DNA from: Bacteroidia bacterium
GTDB lineage: Bacteria > Bacteroidota > Bacteroidia > Bacteroidales > VadinHA17
Assembly (NCBI GenBank): GCA_026391215.1
Contig: JAPLDX010000073.1
Span: forward strand, 1-10,824
Direction of reading: 5' to 3'
DNA length: 10,824 nt
Shown: positions 7,966 to 10,824 of the stretch, one piece after another
Numbering within the stretch: the first letter of the stretch is position 1
How the letters are laid out: each line of letters starts with the position of its first letter
The notes under the pieces: model-generated
Told to the model about the DNA's origin: nothing
What the model saw: only the letters and a program-made list of their open reading frames with translations
The model's database searches: none
Made by a program: the position numbers and the translations under genes

Positions 7966-9006
7966 ATGGCAGCCACCAATGAACTTCTCATTCAGAAGGT
8001 ATTTCAGGAGATGCTGAAGTACAAACCCTCAATGCAAAAGATGCTTATAGCCGACGAGGAGGAGGAAGAAACCCTTGATCCGCGCTTGCTTGGTGATCTC
8101 ATTATCAGGAACTTCCCATGGCCTATCGGAGTAGAACTGCGGAGACTCTTCTCCGCATCGACACGCCAGCTCGACAGGATGCGCCTTGACCAGATATTCA
8201 AGACTATTGAGCGAAGCATGCAGTTCTTAAGCTTCCTTATGATCAGCCAGCTCTGGAAGGATACAAAGGAGAAAAAGCTTGCCATTCCTGACGGATTCAG
8301 AAAAGAGTTCAACGAACGTATTATGGTACTGAGCATGGGTAATTATACATGGCTCATAAGGGCGATCGGAACCTTCATGCAGGAAAAAGGCATCACCTGG
8401 TTCATGCCCGAAATGGGAGAGAATTTTGACAAGAAGTTCTATGCTGCTCTCGACTTCTGGGTACCGGAGCGCAATGAAATAGGACATTACCAGATCAACC
8501 TTACAAATGAGGAGATAGAAAAACGGTGTGTTGAATATGAAGAAAAGCTATCCTTAATACTCGAAAAGCTTGCATTTATTTCCAAGTATAAGCTTGTTTC
8601 CGTGCGTGAGATCAAGGTAATACATCCGAAGAACCAGGTGGCAAAGTTCAACCATATAATCGATCTTCTGAGCAGTTCCGATTCCGGGTTCAAGGCACAG
8701 GAGCTCGAGGAGACCAAATATGCAGAGAGCAGTTCCGTTCTGCTCATGAAGTCCCTCAAGTCTTTTGATGAATATCTTAACCTCTCCCCTCTCGTAATTG
8801 ACACCAATTCTGAGGTCATTGATGATAAGGAGAAATTCGATATCAAGAAGGACATATTCATGTATACTAAGTTCCGCGGTGATCAGCTGATGTATGTTGG
8901 AACGGAAGTAACGGAGAAATGCGATCTGCGGAGCCTTCACAATTACGCGACCCTGGTGGAGCAGTTTAAGGATATGCTGGCCACCATCTCAGGGAGTCCT
9001 GCATAA
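7966..9006 (+). CDS. Uncharacterised 346-aa cytoplasmic protein with HEPN-like RxxxxH motif; putative effector/partner of the downstream STAND NTPase
   Basis: Long clean ORF with no signal peptide or TM segment. The N-terminal half looks helical: FPWPIGVELRRL...FKTIERSMQFL (E82)...LSMGNYTWLIR...ERNEIGH (R169-H174, 8470-8487). The C-terminal half looks beta-rich (LVSVREIKV, LNLSPLVID, DIFMY). The CDS is confident; the HEPN assignment is tentative. Confidence 0.75.
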   Translation: MAATNELLIQKVFQEMLKYKPSMQKMLIADEEEEETLDPRLLGDLIIRNFPWPIGVELRRLFSASTRQLDRMRLDQIFKTIERSMQFLSFLMISQLWKDTKEKKLAIPDGFRKEFNERIMVLSMGNYTWLIRAIGTFMQEKGITWFMPEMGENFDKKFYAALDFWVPERNEIGHYQINLTNEEIEKRCVEYEEKLSLILEKLAFISKYKLVSVREIKVIHPKNQVAKFNHIIDLLSSSDSGFKAQELEETKYAESSSVLLMKSLKSFDEYLNLSPLVIDTNSEVIDDKEKFDIKKDIFMYTKFRGDQLMYVGTEVTEKCDLRSLHNYATLVEQFKDMLATISGSPA

Positions 9007-9022
9007 TTTGAACATGCTCTTT

Positions 9023-10824
9023 ATGAAATCCCCCTTTAAGTTTCTGGACAGTTACACCAAAGACGACCGCGGGATCTTCTTCGGCCGTGACCGTGAGATT
9101 GAAGAGCTATATCATCGTGTCTTCGAGAGTAAAATCATGCTTGTTTACGGAGTATCGGGTACAGGCAAATCTTCTCTTATACATTGCGGATTAGCTAACA
9201 AGTTCCAGGATACTGACTGGCTGCCGATTGTGATACGTCGTGGAGGTAACATAATTGAAAGCCTGGCTGCCGGGATCGGTTCGGCTTCGCTCACCGAACA
9301 ACAAAGTAAGTTTGCAAATCCTTCAGATTTTAAGAAAGGAGTCCGTTCACTATATCTTGATCATTACAAACCTGTTTTTTTCATTTTCGATCAGTTCGAG
9401 GAACTATTCATTTTCGGGAATAAGGAAGAGCGCAAGTCATTCATTCATATTGTTAAATTATTAACAGAATCAGATCTCCAGTGCCGTATGATCTTCGTGA
9501 TGCGTGAAGAATATATGGCTGGAGTAACAGAATTTGAAAAGTTCATTCCGACATTCTTTGGCAACAGGGTGCGTATAGAAAAAATGTCACACAGGAATGC
9601 CATGGAAGCAATAAAAGAACCTTGTAAAGTATTTAATATCAGCCTTGAAGAAGGTTTTGCAGAGACGCTTCTTGAGAAGCTGAGCCCTGACGAAACAGAT
9701 GTTGAACTTACATATCTTCAGGTCTATCTTGACAAGATATTCCGTCTGGACACTGGGTTTGTTCCCCCCTCCCAGGGGGGAAAAGAAGGGGGGTTATCCT
9801 TCACACTTGCCCTTCTCTCTAAAATCGGAAATGTCACCGACTTGCTGGGGAGCTTCCTTGATGAACAGGTCTCGCTTCTTGATAATCCTGATGAGGGATT
9901 GGCCGTACTTAAATCCTTTGTGTCAGTCAAGGGATCAAGAAGACAGATTAATCTGGAAGAAATATCTGAATACACTCAGACATTTGGTCAACCTGTAAAA
10001 GAATCAGTATTAAAGGACCTGATCCAGACATTCATAAATCTGCGTATCCTCCGTGATAAGGATCAGAATGAGAAGTACGAACTCAGGCACGATGCACTTG
10101 CAACAAAAATTTATGAGAAGATATCTCTTGTCGAAAAAGAGATACTGGAAATCAGACAGTTTATTGACAATGCATATAGCAGCTTTAAAAAGCGGGGAGT
10201 ATATCTTTCTTCTGATGACCTTAATTATATTGCCCCATATGAAAGCAGGCTTTTTCTTTCAAAAGAATTATCTGACTTTATCTATGAAAGCAAGGAAAAG
10301 CTGACCATGTCAAAACGAAGGAAAAGAAATATCGTATTTGCATCTGCAATAGCCTTATTCGTTGTTCTGGCAGGATTTACCATCTGGGCAATAAATGAGA
10401 AAAACAAAGCAGATAAAGCCGGTATAAGACAGCTTGAATCGATTTTGAAACTCAATGAAAACTTTGAGAAAGTCAAAAAAAATCAGGTACAGAGCAAAGC
10501 TGAATTATATCAAATGTTCGAAATGTCATATCTGACTCATCCGGATAAGCTGCGGGGACTCTGGGACAAAGCCCTGGCTATCAGGAAAGCCTCTGATAAA
10601 TTGACAGATTTTATTTATCAGCTGGAGTACAAAATGTTATCTGAATCAGAGAATATCAGTCTTGATTCAGCACGGAATACAAATCTTGAGATAGTAAAGA
10701 ATAAATCAAATTCAAAGATCCCTTTTCAGATACTTTTCGAAACCAATAAAGAGACGGAATTTTCAAATGTCTTACTGCTAAAACAAAAAATCCGGGATTA
10801 CAGAAGAACAATTTTTGACCAGAT
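9023..10824 (+). CDS. nSTAND1-type P-loop NTPase with single TM helix and periplasmic GldM/PorM N-terminal-like domain (3' partial)
   Basis: Translated by hand, 600 codons with no stop (alternative in-frame ATG at 9014). Begins MKSPFKFLDSY...FFGRDREIEEL. Walker A GVSGTGKS (9149-9172), Walker B FFIFDQFEELF (9377-9409), sensor IFVMREEY, VELTYLQVYLDKIF, winged-helix YELRHDAL (10076-10099). KRRKR (10313-10327) precedes TM IVFASAIALFVVLAGFTIWAI (10331-10393), then a helical GldM-like region. Missing from the ORF track because it is open-ended. Confidence 0.9.
   Translation, partial: MKSPFKFLDSYTKDDRGIFFGRDREIEELYHRVFESKIMLVYGVSGTGKSSLIHCGLANKFQDTDWLPIVIRRGGNIIESLAAGIGSASLTEQQSKFANPSDFKKGVRSLYLDHYKPVFFIFDQFEELFIFGNKEERKSFIHIVKLLTESDLQCRMIFVMREEYMAGVTEFEKFIPTFFGNRVRIEKMSHRNAMEAIKEPCKVFNISLEEGFAETLLEKLSPDETDVELTYLQVYLDKIFRLDTGFVPPSQGGKEGGLSFTLALLSKIGNVTDLLGSFLDEQVSLLDNPDEGLAVLKSFVSVKGSRRQINLEEISEYTQTFGQPVKESVLKDLIQTFINLRILRDKDQNEKYELRHDALATKIYEKISLVEKEILEIRQFIDNAYSSFKKRGVYLSSDDLNYIAPYESRLFLSKELSDFIYESKEKLTMSKRRKRNIVFASAIALFVVLAGFTIWAINEKNKADKAGIRQLESILKLNENFEKVKKNQVQSKAELYQMFEMSYLTHPDKLRGLWDKALAIRKASDKLTDFIYQLEYKMLSESENISLDSARNTNLEIVKNKSNSKIPFQILFETNKETEFSNVLLLKQKIRDYRRTIFDQ
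9762..9795 (+). repeat. Palindromic mini-repeat lying in frame within the STAND CDS
   Basis: Perfect 9-bp stem TTCCCCCCT-ccc-AGGGGGGAA (9762-9782) followed by AAGAA and GGGGGG. This hairpin + short spacer + G-run layout matches the right unit at 3544-3590. Translates as VPPSQGGKEGGL. Confidence 0.65.

Noticed and set aside
8053-8070. Acidic DEEEEE tract (GAG/GAA run) in the 346-aa protein as a contingency repeat or DNA mimic
   Set aside because: Short, with mixed codons. Most simply a variable acidic loop.
30-8940. Other short overlapping/antisense ORFs (e.g. 651-1031, 4880-5188, 6999-7547, 8487-8861, 8554-8940)
   Set aside because: They lie within or mostly overlap well-supported CDSs and have no recognisable motifs.
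9255-10476. Short ORFs in the track at 9255-9464, 9699-9998, 9724-9975, 10053-10304 and 10282-10476
   Set aside because: All are alternative-frame or antisense shadows of the long open STAND reading frame starting at 9023. They are not evidence of a fragmented pseudogene.
9023-10824. Calling the last gene gldM/porM
   Set aside because: It lacks the GldM N-terminal membrane motif, has no gldK/gldL upstream, and most of the visible protein is a STAND NTPase.

Overview
Bacterial genomic DNA, most likely Bacteroidota/Bacteroidales. This rests on a perfect TAnnTTTG -7 promoter box, AT-rich translation starts without Shine-Dalgarno, and a GldM/PorM-like domain. The left two-thirds is carbohydrate and housekeeping content: a ROK sugar kinase with an apparent in-frame internal deletion, a Tat-signal GH38 alpha-mannosidase, a REP/BIME-like inverted repeat pair, a convergent DUF5060/DUF4038 (GH140-like) glycosidase, an AlkD-family DNA alkylation repair protein and a gamma-glutamyltransferase-family precursor. 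The right third holds the most interesting element, a tightly linked two-gene module. The first gene is a 346-aa helical protein with a HEPN-like RxxxxH motif (RNEIGH). The second starts 16 nt later and is absent from the supplied ORF track because it runs off the window (9023 to >10824, at least 600 codons). It encodes an nSTAND1-type NTPase with no N-terminal effector, one transmembrane helix, and a periplasmic region that by eye resembles domain 1 of the T9SS/gliding motor protein GldM/PorM. This suggests a split, membrane-anchored NLR/Avs-like sensor-effector system. The STAND gene also carries an in-frame palindromic mini-repeat built like the intergenic repeat. All family calls come from motif recognition by eye, and no searches were run.
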